A stretch of DNA of 19,112 bases. Origin: Oculatellaceae cyanobacterium bins.114 (lineage in GTDB: Bacteria; Cyanobacteriota; Cyanobacteriia; Elainellales; Elainellaceae). The DNA is taken from positions 1 to 19,112 of the forward strand of contig JANRJA010000054.1 in NCBI GenBank assembly GCA_033764315.1, read 5' to 3'. The stretch's first letter is position 1; the number at the start of each line of letters is the position of its first letter. The translations under genes and the position numbers were made by a program. This document shows, in pieces, positions 1 to 10,464 of the stretch. Below the pieces are notes generated by a model, which worked only from the letters and a program-made list of their open reading frames with translations, was not told the DNA's origin and did no database searches.

Positions 1-1973
1 TGATCAGCCACGATCGCTAGCGTTGCCAAATCAAACTGATTGCCAATACAGGCGGCCAACTTCAACACGGTCTGGGTAGAGGGGGGCAGTTTTTGCAACT
101 GCTGTGCCATAAACAGCGCGACATCTTCACTGATCGCCAAGGGTTTGATCTGCGCTAAATCACATTCCCAATAGCCCAATTCTCGATTAAAAATAATCAA
201 TCCGTCGCTGTGCAATGCCTTGAGAAACTGGTTAGTGAAAAACGGATTCCCTTGTGTTTTCTGATAGACCAGTTGAGCCAGTGGCAGAGCGGTTTCCACC
301 GAACAACTCAGCGTCTCTGCTATCAGATCATTCATATCCTGCGGCAAGAGGGGCCCCAGGATGAGGGTGTGAGCGATCGCCGGATCGACCTCCTGTAGCG
401 TTAGCATTAAGGGATGACCGGGAGACACTTCGTTATCTCGATAGGCTCCAATGAGCAACAGATGAGAGATGTTTGCCTCAGTTAGCAGCAGTTTAATCAG
501 CGTCAGCGAAGCAGAATCAGCCCATTGTAAATCGTCCAAAAACATCACCAGAGGGTGATCTGGGGTGGTGAGTGCCTGAATGAACTTCTGAAATAGCAGG
601 TTGAATCGGTTTTGGGCTGCCATCCCAGCCAACTCTGGCACAGACGGTTGATCACCAATGATTTGCTCTAATTCTGGAATCACATCCATCAAGACCTGGC
701 TGTTCTCCCCCAGAGCAGTTAAGATGCGGGTGCGCCACTGTTGCAGTTGGGTGTCACTATCACTGAGAATCTGCTGCATCAAGTCTCGTAACGCCTGCAC
801 CAGAGCCGAAAAGGGAATATTGCGTTGGAACTGATCATACTTTCCCTTAATGAAATAGCCCCGCTGACGCACAATCGGCTTGTGTATCTCATTGACCACC
901 GCTGTTTTGCCAATGCCAGAGAAGCCCGCCACTAACACCAACTCGCTGCGGGGTGCTGTCACCTTGCCTGACTGGGCAACCCGATTAAAGGCAGCCAACA
1001 ACTCAGTGACTTCTGCTTGCCGTCCATAAAGCTTTTCTGGAATCACGAAGCGATCGCACAGATCTCGCTGCCCCAACGCAAAAGAGGCGATCGCTCCCGT
1101 TGTTTCCCAAGCGTGTAGACAGGTTGCCAAATCATGTTTCAAGCCTAAAGCACTCTGATAGCGGTCTTCTGCATTTTTCGCCATCAACTTTAAGACAATG
1201 TTTGAAACAGCAGTCGGAATGTTGGTTGTTGAATAGGGCAGGTTAATTTGATCTAGCGGGATGGGCTGCTTAGCCAAGTGACAGTGCACCAATTCCATCA
1301 AATCATCTGAGGGAAAAGGCACCTGCCCCGTCAAAAGTTCATAAAGTGTCACCCCAAATGAGTAAAAATCGGTGCGATAGTCAATCCCTCGATTCATTCG
1401 CCCGGTTTGCTCTGGCGACATGTAAGCCAGCGTGCCTTCTAACCGACTTGGATTTTGAATCTCCTGAGTCTCTCTAGACAACAGGGAAGCAATGGAGAAG
1501 TCAATTAACTTCACCTGATGGGTGTCGGGGTTAATCAGAATATTGGCGGGCTTGATGTCTTTGTGAATGACGCGATATTGATACAGATCATGGAGAATGT
1601 CGGCCATTTGCAGGGCGATCGCTAACACCTCAGTTAACCCTAACGACCACTGCTCAATGTACTGCTCTAGAGAAACGCCACCTACATCTTCCATCACCAG
1701 GGCATAGCCGCTTCCCAGGGGTTCTAAGCTCAAAGGTTGGACGATTCCAGCAACGGGAAGATTTTTGGCGATCGCATATTGATTGTGAAACTGCACCAAT
1801 TCACCAAAGCTTGGATATTCCCGGCGCAACACCTTAATCACCACAGAACGCTGTTGGGCGGTCTGCACCGCGCGATAAACAGCGGTTCTAGACCCCACAT
1901 ACAGTTGCTCAGTGATGGAATAGCCGTCAATGTGAGGTGATGAATGAGAATGGAAGCTCATCGGCAATGTCAT
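1..1973 (-). CDS. 5' part of a multi-domain Ser/Thr protein kinase + AAA ATPase (HstK-like kinase/ATPase/sensor protein); runs off the left edge
   Basis: Not in the ORF track (no stop in window). Read by hand from ATG 1973 (alternative 1961): MTLPMSFHSHSSPHIDGYSITEQLYVGSRTAVYRA...VVIKVL; kinase motifs IHKDIKPANILI, VKLIDFSIA, GTLAYMSPEQTGRMNRGIDYRTDFYS; then P-loop GFSGIGKT and LVMFLDDLQWAD; same frame at the window edge (LAACIGNQFDLATLAIVAD). Confidence 0.93.
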   Translation of the reverse strand, partial: MTLPMSFHSHSSPHIDGYSITEQLYVGSRTAVYRAVQTAQQRSVVIKVLRREYPSFGELVQFHNQYAIAKNLPVAGIVQPLSLEPLGSGYALVMEDVGGVSLEQYIEQWSLGLTEVLAIALQMADILHDLYQYRVIHKDIKPANILINPDTHQVKLIDFSIASLLSRETQEIQNPSRLEGTLAYMSPEQTGRMNRGIDYRTDFYSFGVTLYELLTGQVPFPSDDLMELVHCHLAKQPIPLDQINLPYSTTNIPTAVSNIVLKLMAKNAEDRYQSALGLKHDLATCLHAWETTGAIASFALGQRDLCDRFVIPEKLYGRQAEVTELLAAFNRVAQSGKVTAPRSELVLVAGFSGIGKTAVVNEIHKPIVRQRGYFIKGKYDQFQRNIPFSALVQALRDLMQQILSDSDTQLQQWRTRILTALGENSQVLMDVIPELEQIIGDQPSVPELAGMAAQNRFNLLFQKFIQALTTPDHPLVMFLDDLQWADSASLTLIKLLLTEANISHLLLIGAYRDNEVSPGHPLMLTLQEVDPAIAHTLILGPLLPQDMNDLIAETLSCSVETALPLAQLVYQKTQGNPFFTNQFLKALHSDGLIIFNRELGYWECDLAQIKPLAISEDVALFMAQQLQKLPPSTQTVLKLAACIGNQFDLATLAIVAD

Positions 1974-2786
1974 AACTTTGGACGGGTGACATTAAAATCA
2001 ACGGTATGCTTCCCTGAGATCTTGTGCGATCGAACCATATCTTACCAGTCAACGGATTACTCAGCGGTACAATAGCTACATTCAGCAGTTGCAAATAACT
2101 CTAACTTAGCATCAATAAATTTGTTGAGTCCGTTGCACCGCAATTGCTATAGAGCGTTAATCCTTACTCTGCTCTTAGTTGCCAGTTCTCCACCTCCTAA
2201 AATAAGTATCAGATATTACAAAAGAAGACTGATTGTACGGGGACAGAGGCTTGTTTACTTCATACAAAAAAACAGTAACCCCGTTCCACCTCACAAGGCT
2301 GTTGTCTACCCGATGTGCGCTACCCAATGTGCGACTATTCCAGCTCCCCGGTTTTTAGGGATGTAACGAGGCATCTCTCAGTCAGCTTTAACGAGAAACC
2401 GAGGATTTAAACCCCTAAATTGCACATCGCGTGTTGTTGATAAACAACCTTTGAGTCTCACCTAGTTCTTAAATTCACTCTGGTCAGAGCAGTTTCAGGA
2501 TCACACCCCAATATTGCGTTATCCACAGCCGCGTTATCTATAGCCCCACAATCAACTCTCACAAAATCTGCTTGAGTTTCACCCTGCCTGTTTTGCACCA
2601 TAGCACAACTCATCCAGTTCAACGGCTTGAGAGACGACAGGAATGTTTGAATGAGTGTAGAGACCAGGGAGTAGGGTATGCAGACTGAGGGAGTTGAGCC
2701 GAGAGAATAGTCAGCGATCGCCCAATTCCAATCAGTGCAACCATCAAAACCACCGTTTTATGGAACTTTATGCAACAAAGTAAATG

Positions 2787-3734
2787 TCAAGGCTTGCGTC
2801 CCACAAGGGTGCGATGGCGAGGATCACTGGGAACGGTGATAATCTGCTTAAACCCGATCGCTTGCAAAGTGGCTTCGAGGTTAAAGGTGTAGTAATCATC
2901 TGACCAGGGTTCTGTGCTCTTCATCAGCGTAAACAGGACAGGCGGCAGATTTTGAATCACAGGGGATTGAGGGTTGTTATCCACGATCGCCAAGCATCCA
3001 CCCGGACGTAAAAGGCGAAACGCTTCCTGAAAGATCGCCGTTGTCGCATGACCGGGCAATTCATGGGTAACAAATTGCAGAGTCACTAAATCAAAAGAGC
3101 AATTGGGCAGGTCAGTCGCTTCCGCATTGGCATGAATCCATTGTGCAATTTCATGGTCTACATCGCGATGCTGAGCAACCGTCAACATGTAAGGAGATAG
3201 ATCTAAACCAACCGTGTGCACAGGGATATCTTGTCTACTCTGGTAGAAGCGATGCACTGCCAAAGTGGAGATGCCAACAGAGCAACCGATATCGAGAATA
3301 TTGTGTACAGGTGACGGGATGAATTGCGCCAGAACGTCATGAAAACTCTGACGAAGTCGCTCTTGTGCAGTCTGCCAGGTTAATGCTTCATTCTTCCAAA
3401 CTCGCAATGCCATCGCGTATGTTGCTGATTCTGCTTCAAAGGCGGCCTGCCAACAGAGATTTCCCTGCTCATAGGCGTGGAATGGTACTTGATAATAGTC
3501 GGGATAGGAAACGGTCGGATTCGTGACTTGAGCCATCTGCTGCTGAATTCCCGATGCTTCCAGTTCCTCATAGTGTTTGCGCCAGGGAACCCCATTTTTT
3601 TCAGCCGTCTGAATTAACACCTGCCGTGCCTGCTGTTTCATCAACGCGTAGAGCGGTTTAGTCTGAATCAAAAGATTGACACAGCGAGAAAGCAAATCAT
3701 CTCCCGCCCAGGCAGGTTTACTCTGAAGAGTCAT
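2787..3734 (-). CDS. Class I SAM-dependent methyltransferase
   Basis: Motif I ILDIGCSVG, VGLDLSPYML, SFDLVT, and LLRPGG post-motif; 315 aa. Confidence 0.9.
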   Translation of the reverse strand: MTLQSKPAWAGDDLLSRCVNLLIQTKPLYALMKQQARQVLIQTAEKNGVPWRKHYEELEASGIQQQMAQVTNPTVSYPDYYQVPFHAYEQGNLCWQAAFEAESATYAMALRVWKNEALTWQTAQERLRQSFHDVLAQFIPSPVHNILDIGCSVGISTLAVHRFYQSRQDIPVHTVGLDLSPYMLTVAQHRDVDHEIAQWIHANAEATDLPNCSFDLVTLQFVTHELPGHATTAIFQEAFRLLRPGGCLAIVDNNPQSPVIQNLPPVLFTLMKSTEPWSDDYYTFNLEATLQAIGFKQIITVPSDPRHRTLVGRKP

Positions 3735-3838
3735 AGCAGCACGCCATAATCGGAACGTTCCCTATTTTAAGATGGGATGACGCTCTTGCTTGAAACTCTG
3801 GAATGCTAACGTTTCACCGTTCTCAACATCACTCAACG

Positions 3839-5227
3839 CTAAAGAGCTACCCAGGTGCCATGAAAGCCATAGGGAACCCGCTGTGGCATTTGAATACGAG
3901 CGATCGCCTCATCGGTCATAGCTTGAGGGTTAACAATGACCAACTCAGACCTGTCTTGCGTTTCGTCATGCACAAACGTCATCAACCAACCGTCATCTTC
4001 AGAGGTTGCCCCCGGACGTGGCACAAACACACCTTCTCCGCCATAACACCCTGCCCCAAATGAGTGAGCTTGAATACTCTGGTGATCAAAATCAAACTTG
4101 AGTAAGCCATCAAATTTTGGCATCTCTGTGGGCGCACTCTGGCCCGCATAGCCATAGCGGTTTCGCCGTCCTAAATACTGCTCATTAACGCGAGGAAATT
4201 CACAGGGGCGATCGCCCAATGGCTGCTCCTGCACATGTCCTGTTTTTAGATTAAACTGCCAGCGATAGAGCAGTGGCACATCACGCTGAATCTGACGATT
4301 ATCGCCTTCATGAGCACCAGGAGACGCACCTAAAACACTAGTGCTGCCCATGCGACAAGCGATCAAAACAATATCATCTCCTGCTTCATAGGCATTGAGC
4401 GTGTGAAAAACATAGCAACTCGACGCTTCAAACCAGCGAATCGATTGGTTGTCTCCGTGTCGGGGCAAAATGCCAAAGCGACTGGGGCGATCGCCCTCAA
4501 ACATAAACGCAGGCTCTCCCCGCTGAAGTCGTTCTAACCGAAAGGTGAGCGGCAAATCCATAAAAATGGTGTACTGCTCGGTGATGGCAAAGTCATGCAT
4601 CATCACCCCCACCGATAAATCGATCGGGACGGTTTGCAGCAGTTCTCCCTCAGCCGATACAGTGCTGTATTGCACATAGGGTGGCTGTGCCAGAGAGTAA
4701 CCAAAAAACATCATCTCTCCCGTCACCGGGTCAACTTTGGGATGGGCCGTTACCGGAGAAGCCAGCTTGCCATCAAAGGTATAACCTCCAAGCGTGGCTA
4801 GACTGGGCACCTCAATCTCGTGAGGCGCACCCCCTTCCCACAGAGCTAATAGACGGTTTTGCTGTGCTCCGCGACGCTCCACTAGAGCCGTATTCGCAAC
4901 ATTTTTAAAGCCTCCCTGCGTTGGTTCTAGCAACCCACCAAATAACGCTCGCCCAGCTTGCCGCTCTTGTTCAAACCCTTGAGTCCGAATGTAGCGATTG
5001 CGGTAGCTCGCTTTGCCATCTTGAATCTGAACACCATGAAGCATTCCATCTCCATCAAACCAGTGATAGCGACCTAAGGGTGGAAATTGGGGATTGGGGC
5101 CGTTGCGGACAAACATTCCACTCAGGTCAGGTGGCAACTCACCCAAGACTGGCAAGTCATCGACGGTTAACTCTGTTTGAACGGGAGCAAAGTTATCGGT
5201 GAGATAGGGGTTGGAGGTCGTTGTCAT
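3839..5227 (-). CDS. Carotenoid cleavage oxygenase family protein (RPE65/CCD/lignostilbene dioxygenase family)
   Basis: RNGPNP, HWFDGDGM, EFPRVN motifs and four Fe-ligand His contexts (TAHPK, MMHDF, VFHTL, GFHG); co-oriented just upstream of the methyltransferase. Confidence 0.93.
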   Translation of the reverse strand: MTTTSNPYLTDNFAPVQTELTVDDLPVLGELPPDLSGMFVRNGPNPQFPPLGRYHWFDGDGMLHGVQIQDGKASYRNRYIRTQGFEQERQAGRALFGGLLEPTQGGFKNVANTALVERRGAQQNRLLALWEGGAPHEIEVPSLATLGGYTFDGKLASPVTAHPKVDPVTGEMMFFGYSLAQPPYVQYSTVSAEGELLQTVPIDLSVGVMMHDFAITEQYTIFMDLPLTFRLERLQRGEPAFMFEGDRPSRFGILPRHGDNQSIRWFEASSCYVFHTLNAYEAGDDIVLIACRMGSTSVLGASPGAHEGDNRQIQRDVPLLYRWQFNLKTGHVQEQPLGDRPCEFPRVNEQYLGRRNRYGYAGQSAPTEMPKFDGLLKFDFDHQSIQAHSFGAGCYGGEGVFVPRPGATSEDDGWLMTFVHDETQDRSELVIVNPQAMTDEAIARIQMPQRVPYGFHGTWVAL

Positions 5228-5519
5228 GGGTTTGAGAAATAACCTGCTACTCCCTTGTAGCAGAAACCCCCATTTTCTGTGCCAGATTTACTAAAAAGCA
5301 GAGCTAACTGGAAGGATGAAGTCACCCCTAACCCGCGATTTTGTTCATTTCTAGGGCGATCGCCAAATCACTCCCACACCGTTCCTGGTCTGCTAGCCAC
5401 CCAAGCATCGTCACCGATGGGTATTAGCCAAAAAACCAAGAAACACTACAGTCGTTGTGCCTCGGCTCCGTCCCTAGTAGGCTAGAAAAGCCGACTTTTT
5501 GTTCAACGGTGTTCGATTC

Positions 5520-6023
5520 ATGCAAAAAACCCATGCCTTTGCGATCCTTGCTCCTGTCCCAGAGATGCATTTGATCTCAGGGTTAGAGGCGATCGCCACT
5601 CAACTCGACTCTGATGATCTGCCGCCCGATTACCTGCCCAAAGTTGCCTTTGGCAGCATGGATTTTGAGGTTTTTGGTGAGGTCGAAAAGCTGCGGGGAG
5701 GTAAAGCAATCGACGTTTTTATTTATGCGTCTCATGTCAAAGGGGATCAACCTCTAAATCCAGAAGCCACCTGGCGAGGCTTATACGTCGGCTATGTTGC
5801 CTCTCGTCGAGGTCGTTATCCCGGCAAATCGATTTATCGCCCTCAATCGACGGCTACCGATACTCCAACTTGGGCCGTTTTTTGGGAGGTGCAAGAGCTA
5901 GAGTTGCTAAAAACGCCGATTCCAATTGGAAATTTGCGAGGAAAGAATAAGAAAACCAACTATCAAGCTCGATTCATTCCAGAGGGGCCTGTTTTGATTG
6001 AATATCCAGCCATTCGTTCGTGA
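5520..6023 (+). CDS. Hypothetical protein (~167 aa)
   Basis: ORF 5499-6023 with likelier ATG at 5520 (MQKTHAFAILAPVPE...); globular protein-like composition; fills the gap and ends convergent with the kinase at 6038. Confidence 0.75.
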   Translation: MQKTHAFAILAPVPEMHLISGLEAIATQLDSDDLPPDYLPKVAFGSMDFEVFGEVEKLRGGKAIDVFIYASHVKGDQPLNPEATWRGLYVGYVASRRGRYPGKSIYRPQSTATDTPTWAVFWEVQELELLKTPIPIGNLRGKNKKTNYQARFIPEGPVLIEYPAIRS

Positions 6024-6037
6024 CGCGATTGGTGCCC

Positions 6038-7573
6038 TCACGACGACCGTTGAAACTCCGCCAATAGTGTGAATTCTTTTACAACCCCTGCATAAACCTG
6101 TTCATACACTGAGAATAGCTGTTGATAAGTGTGAAACGCCTTGAGGTCAGGGGAGTGGCGATCGCCCATTTGAATGAGTTTCTCTACATCTTCCAGGTGA
6201 GAGATAGCTTGCACCGCATACATCCCTAAAACGGCTGCGCCAAATGCGCTGCCCTCATACACATGGGGCACCAACACCTCAGACCCAAAGAGATCTGCCG
6301 CCATCTGTCGCCACGGTGCTGAGCGAGCAAACCCCCCTGCCGCTCGAATCTCTGGGGCAGTCCCCGCCAGATCTCGCAATGCCAATATGATGCTGTAAAC
6401 CGCAAACAGCACCCCTTCCATAACCGATCGAATGAAGTGAGCTTTGTGATGGTGCAACCCCACTCCAAAAAAAATGCCACGAGCATCTGGATTCCAATAG
6501 GGTGCTCGTTCTCCTGATAAGAAAGGCAAACAGATCAGCCCTTCTGCACCAGGAGCAATTTGGGTCGCGGCTTGCATCATCAAATCATACGGATCAATCC
6601 CTTGCTGTTGGGCTTGCTGCACCTCAAGAGGACAAAAGTTGTCCCGCAGCCAGCGCAAAACAATGCCCCCGTTATTAGAAGGGCCGCCAATCACCCAATG
6701 ATCTTCAGTCAGCGCATAGCAAAACGTTCGTCCCTTCTCATCGGTCAGCGGTTGAGGGATAACAGCACGAACGGCACTACTGGTGCCAATGGTGACCGCA
6801 ATTTGATGGGGTGCGATCGCCCCAACTCCCAAATTAGCCAGACATCCATCATTTGCCCCAACGACAACTGGCGTGTCAGCAGCAAGTCCCATAATCGCGG
6901 CATGCTCTGGTTTCATGCCACGTAAAATATGGGTGGTTGGCACTAATTCACTCAGTTGATCAGCCCGAATTCCTGCGGTCGCCAGGGCTGTTTCATCCCA
7001 CTGAAGTTGTCTTAGATTCAATAGCCCCATAGCAGAGGCGATCGAGTGATCAACTACAAAGCGATTGAGTAATTGATAGAGAACATATTCCTTGATTGAG
7101 ATAAATCGGACGGCACGGTTAAAGACCTCTGGATTCTCTTCTCGGAGCCACATCAGTTTGGGTAAAGGCGACATGGGGTGAATGGGAGTGCCCGTTTGCA
7201 GATAGAGAGAATGTCCTAAAGCGTCCTGTTTTAATCGGATTGTTTGGGCAATACTGCGATTATCTGCCCAGATTATGGCGTGATGCAGCGGATTGCCACT
7301 AGCATCGATCGCAATGACACTGTGCATGGCTCCACTAAAGCTGATGGCTGCAATCTGCGATCGCCCCACACCTGATTGACTCACAGCCTCTCGAATGGCT
7401 GCAATCACCGCTTGAAAAATGGCATTTGGGTCTTGTTCTGCCCAGCCCGGTTGAGGTACTAATAGCGAATAACCCTGGTTTCCCATGCCTTTGACAGCAC
7501 CTGTGGCAGAAAACACAATGGCCTTGGTGCTAGTAGTGCCAATATCAACGCCAATAAAGTAGTCGTGACTCAT
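6038..7573 (-). CDS. gntK: Gluconokinase (FGGY carbohydrate kinase family)
   Basis: IGVDIGTTSTKA, WADNRS, TGTPIHPMSP, GANDG, TIGTSSAVR, GRTFCY, PFLSGERAPYWN, GGFARS motifs typical of Bacillus-type GntK. Confidence 0.85.
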   Translation of the reverse strand: MSHDYFIGVDIGTTSTKAIVFSATGAVKGMGNQGYSLLVPQPGWAEQDPNAIFQAVIAAIREAVSQSGVGRSQIAAISFSGAMHSVIAIDASGNPLHHAIIWADNRSIAQTIRLKQDALGHSLYLQTGTPIHPMSPLPKLMWLREENPEVFNRAVRFISIKEYVLYQLLNRFVVDHSIASAMGLLNLRQLQWDETALATAGIRADQLSELVPTTHILRGMKPEHAAIMGLAADTPVVVGANDGCLANLGVGAIAPHQIAVTIGTSSAVRAVIPQPLTDEKGRTFCYALTEDHWVIGGPSNNGGIVLRWLRDNFCPLEVQQAQQQGIDPYDLMMQAATQIAPGAEGLICLPFLSGERAPYWNPDARGIFFGVGLHHHKAHFIRSVMEGVLFAVYSIILALRDLAGTAPEIRAAGGFARSAPWRQMAADLFGSEVLVPHVYEGSAFGAAVLGMYAVQAISHLEDVEKLIQMGDRHSPDLKAFHTYQQLFSVYEQVYAGVVKEFTLLAEFQRSS

Positions 7574-8164
7574 ATCAAATAAACAGGCTAATGATTAGAC
7601 CCACCAGGAATCCTACACTCCTCAAATGCTGCAACCGCACTATCGTCAGTGGTATCTGATTTTGGGAGACTTTGAGCCTTTGCCAAGGATCTTGCCCCCA
7701 CCTGAAACACCTGCATGGGGGAGATTCCCCCAATGCCTGTTTTCACACACTTGCAACAACTCTGCACCTCATTTACAAGGAAGCAGAGATCTGTTGTACA
7801 CAGTAGCTCTTTGGGAGAGAGTGAGGGCGGATGGCAATTCATGTCTCTGTTCAGCAACACCTTTTTCTCAAGTGAAATTTTAGTTCAGAGTTTAGTTAGC
7901 GAGAGCTACTTCAATAACTTAAAAATTTTGTTCGCACTAAAACTGGGATTCAATCAAGTAACCCCTCAAAATCTATCTCTAGATATAGAGCCAAAAAGCT
8001 CTCTTTAGAAATAAAGTCAGCACGTTGTGAGCAAATTGCGTTTTGGTTTGAAGACTTTAAGTGCTTTGAATGGGATGCCTGTTGAAGCATCAGGACAACG
8101 AATTGAACGCTAAATAAATAGTTTCACCTTCAACTAAACCCATACTTAGTTAATGAGGAATCTG

Positions 8165-8989
8165 ATGAGTACAATTACAACCCAAGACGGCACCCAGATC
8201 TATTACAAAGACTGGGGTACAGGACAGCCCATTGTCTTCAGTCATGGCTGGCCGCTCAACTCTGATAGCTGGGAAGCACAAATGCTTTTTCTGGCCGATC
8301 ACGGATTTCGGGCGATCGCTCACGACCGTCGAGGACATGGGCGATCGAGTCAGCCTTGGAATGGCAACGAGATGGATACCTACGCTGACGATCTGGCAAC
8401 CCTGATCGAAACGCTCGATTTAAAGGACGCTGCTGTATTTGGCTTTTCAACAGGGGGCGGCGAAGTTGCTCGTTATATCGGTCGCTATGGCACCGGACGC
8501 ATTGCCAAAGCTGGTTTGATTTCTGCTGTGCCACCGCTGATGCTAAAGACAGACACAAATCCTGATGGATTACCCATCGACGTATTTAACGGACTTCGTG
8601 CTGCCTCCCTCGCCGATCGCTCAAAGCTCTACCAAGATCTTGCTAATGGCCCGTTCTTCGGCTTCAATCGACCGGGTGCCACCATTTCACAGGGCATGAT
8701 CGACTGGTTTTGGATGCAGGGTATGCAAGCAGGGCACAAGAATGCATTTGATTGCATCAAAGCCTTTTCTGAAACTGATTTCACAGAAGATCTTAAAAAG
8801 TTCGATGTGCCCACGCTGATCATTCATGGTGATGATGACCAAATTGTGCCGATCGGCACCGCCGCTCTAGCAAGTGCAAAATTGGTACCCAATGCCACTC
8901 TAAAGGTTTATTCTGGGGCACCTCACGGTTTAACCGATACGCATAAAGAGCAACTGAATGCAGATCTCCTCTCCTTTCTTAAGGGCTAA
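8165..8989 (+). CDS. Non-heme haloperoxidase/perhydrolase-type alpha/beta hydrolase (Cpo family)
   Basis: [22 protein letters not shown], nucleophile elbow [16 protein letters not shown] and APHG give a Ser-Asp-His triad; ATG 8165 (alternative 8153). Confidence 0.92.
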   Translation: MSTITTQDGTQIYYKDWGTGQPIVFSHGWPLNSDSWEAQMLFLADHGFRAIAHDRRGHGRSSQPWNGNEMDTYADDLATLIETLDLKDAAVFGFSTGGGEVARYIGRYGTGRIAKAGLISAVPPLMLKTDTNPDGLPIDVFNGLRAASLADRSKLYQDLANGPFFGFNRPGATISQGMIDWFWMQGMQAGHKNAFDCIKAFSETDFTEDLKKFDVPTLIIHGDDDQIVPIGTAALASAKLVPNATLKVYSGAPHGLTDTHKEQLNADLLSFLKG

Positions 8990-9092
8990 CATCTACAGTG
9001 ATTTTCAAATTGATAAACCACAGTCAGGCGTAGATGGGTAGATGAGTCAGTAGGTGAAGCGGCTTTAAACTGACAGCCGCCGATCGTGGGTT

Positions 9093-9117
9093 GGGCTTGG
9101 CATACCAGGCCCTTCTT
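9093..9117 (+). terminator. Probable intrinsic terminator between convergent genes
   Basis: GGGCTTGG-cata-CCAGGCCC stem followed by TTCTT; a second hairpin GCGGCT-N10-AGCCGC lies just upstream at ~9059-9080. Confidence 0.5.
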
Positions 9118-9208
9118 AAAAAATTAGATTGAAAGAAGCCTTAACGCGATATCAGAGGCGATCGCTTCCTTTACAGACAATTGAGCTGTTGAAAGTATAG
9201 AGTCGTCA

Positions 9209-9736
9209 TCAAAGCTTTGTCGTAAATCGTAACCACCGCTGAATTCCCTGATTTAACCCGCGCGAAACGGGTTTGACCGGGTTGAGAGAGTAAGACTCTC
9301 GCCGAGTTGATTTTGCCACGGGTTCAGCTTTGAGGGGAATATCCAAAACAGTGACAAACGCCTGCCCCGAAGCTGCATTGGAGACAGCCGAGGCCGTGGT
9401 GGTTGAGGCCGTGGTGGTCGAGGCAGTGGTGATCGAGGCAGCCACTGTTGGGTCAGCAGGAATAGCCTTGAACAGCTTACTACATACCAGATCGGCAAAT
9501 TCACTGTCAAAGTGATGTTGTGGACGACCATTGAGATACCAATTCAATAAGATGTTATCGACCGAAGCAACCTTATAGCGTCCCTGAAAGATAGCTTCTA
9601 CTACTGCTGCGATCGCCCATTTAGGAGGATATTCCTCTAACCAGCCTTGTACAATCTGCTCAATGTCATATCCACCCAGATCAAAACTGTAGTAGCTCAA
9701 AAGCGCAGAAATAGATGCAGCAGGACTTCTAGACAT
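9209..9736 (-). CDS. Conserved cyanobacterial hypothetical protein, DnaD/DnaB_2-like helical domain (paralogue 1) with low-complexity tail
   Basis: YSFDL...W..EY...W...AVVEAIFQGRYKVASVDNILLNW...G.P..HFD.EFADLVC; 50 of the first 88 residues identical (ungapped, hand count) to the ORF at 12430. The DnaD-like call is inference. Confidence 0.8.
   Translation of the reverse strand: MSRSPAASISALLSYYSFDLGGYDIEQIVQGWLEEYPPKWAIAAVVEAIFQGRYKVASVDNILLNWYLNGRPQHHFDSEFADLVCSKLFKAIPADPTVAASITTASTTTASTTTASAVSNAASGQAFVTVLDIPLKAEPVAKSTRRESYSLNPVKPVSRGLNQGIQRWLRFTTKL
9390..9440. repeat. 15-bp tandem repeat (~3.4 units) encoding ASITT-ASTTT-ASTTT-AS
   Basis: GAGGCCGTGGTGGTT / GAGGCCGTGGTGGTC / GAGGCAGTGGTGATC / GAGGCA. 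Confidence 0.9.
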
Positions 9737-9843
9737 GGCTCTCTAATTGACTAAGTTAACCTTTCAAGATCAAATCGTTGAATAGCTGATTTGCCGTTAC
9801 TTGTCATTTGCAAACAACTCACGACCCATAACCCCTAACTACA

Positions 9844-10422
9844 CTACTCGTCGTACAACATGGCATGGCATTCCGGTGGAGAGTGGGGGCCTGTCAGCGT
9901 AAAAACATCGTAATCACTCTGGTCATAGTTGCGGTCAGGATAGTACAACACGACTGCTGATTCCTCAGGGCGGTTATTGGCGATCGCCATCACGCAATCG
10001 GGATCAAGCAATCGTTTGCGTTCAATATAGGCAATTTCTGGTCCCTCGTTGGTTTCAGTAAACACAACCGCTCCAGGGCCATAGTGTTTATAGCCTTTCC
10101 ACGAGAGTGCCAAAATTTGATCGCAATATCTCGCCACTTTTTGCATGAGATGTTGTGGGGCTGAGCTGGTTGCCGCTTCCTCCACCACAGGAGGGTTGAT
10201 GTCATCAGGCACCCACTCCAGCAAATCGCCTGGTTGACAGTTGAGAGCAGCACAAATTCCATTCAGGCGATCGGGAGCTAAGCGAGGCATTTCATCCACC
10301 TTGCGCAACCGATAAACAGAATTTTCAGTAATGTCTAACGCTTCTGCAAGATCTTTGTTGCGCACCCGGTTGCGTGCCATTACCTCATTGAGCTTCCAGC
10401 GGATCACGTCAAATTGCTGCAT
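9844..10422 (-). CDS. Xre/Cro-C1 family (HTH_26-type) transcriptional regulator with an extra C-terminal domain
   Basis: IRWKLNEVMARNRVRNKDLAEALDITENSVYRLRK...LNGICAALNCQPGDLLEW is a classic HTH_26 pattern; ATG 10422 (alternative TTG 10437); ~100-aa unrecognised C-terminal domain. Confidence 0.9.
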   Translation of the reverse strand: MQQFDVIRWKLNEVMARNRVRNKDLAEALDITENSVYRLRKVDEMPRLAPDRLNGICAALNCQPGDLLEWVPDDINPPVVEEAATSSAPQHLMQKVARYCDQILALSWKGYKHYGPGAVVFTETNEGPEIAYIERKRLLDPDCVMAIANNRPEESAVVLYYPDRNYDQSDYDVFTLTGPHSPPECHAMLYDE

Positions 10423-10464
10423 AGAAGTACGATTCAAGTTTACTATTCTCAGCCTAAAGTAGAT

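Noticed and set aside
2401..2417. GAGGATTTAAACCCCTA resembling the hetP HetR site
   Set aside because: Left GGG core is broken; equally explained as a degenerate common palindrome.
2519..2527. oriC suggested by DnaA box TTATCCACA (and CTATCCACA at 12397-12405)
   Set aside because: Isolated boxes only; no box cluster and no dnaA/dnaN nearby.
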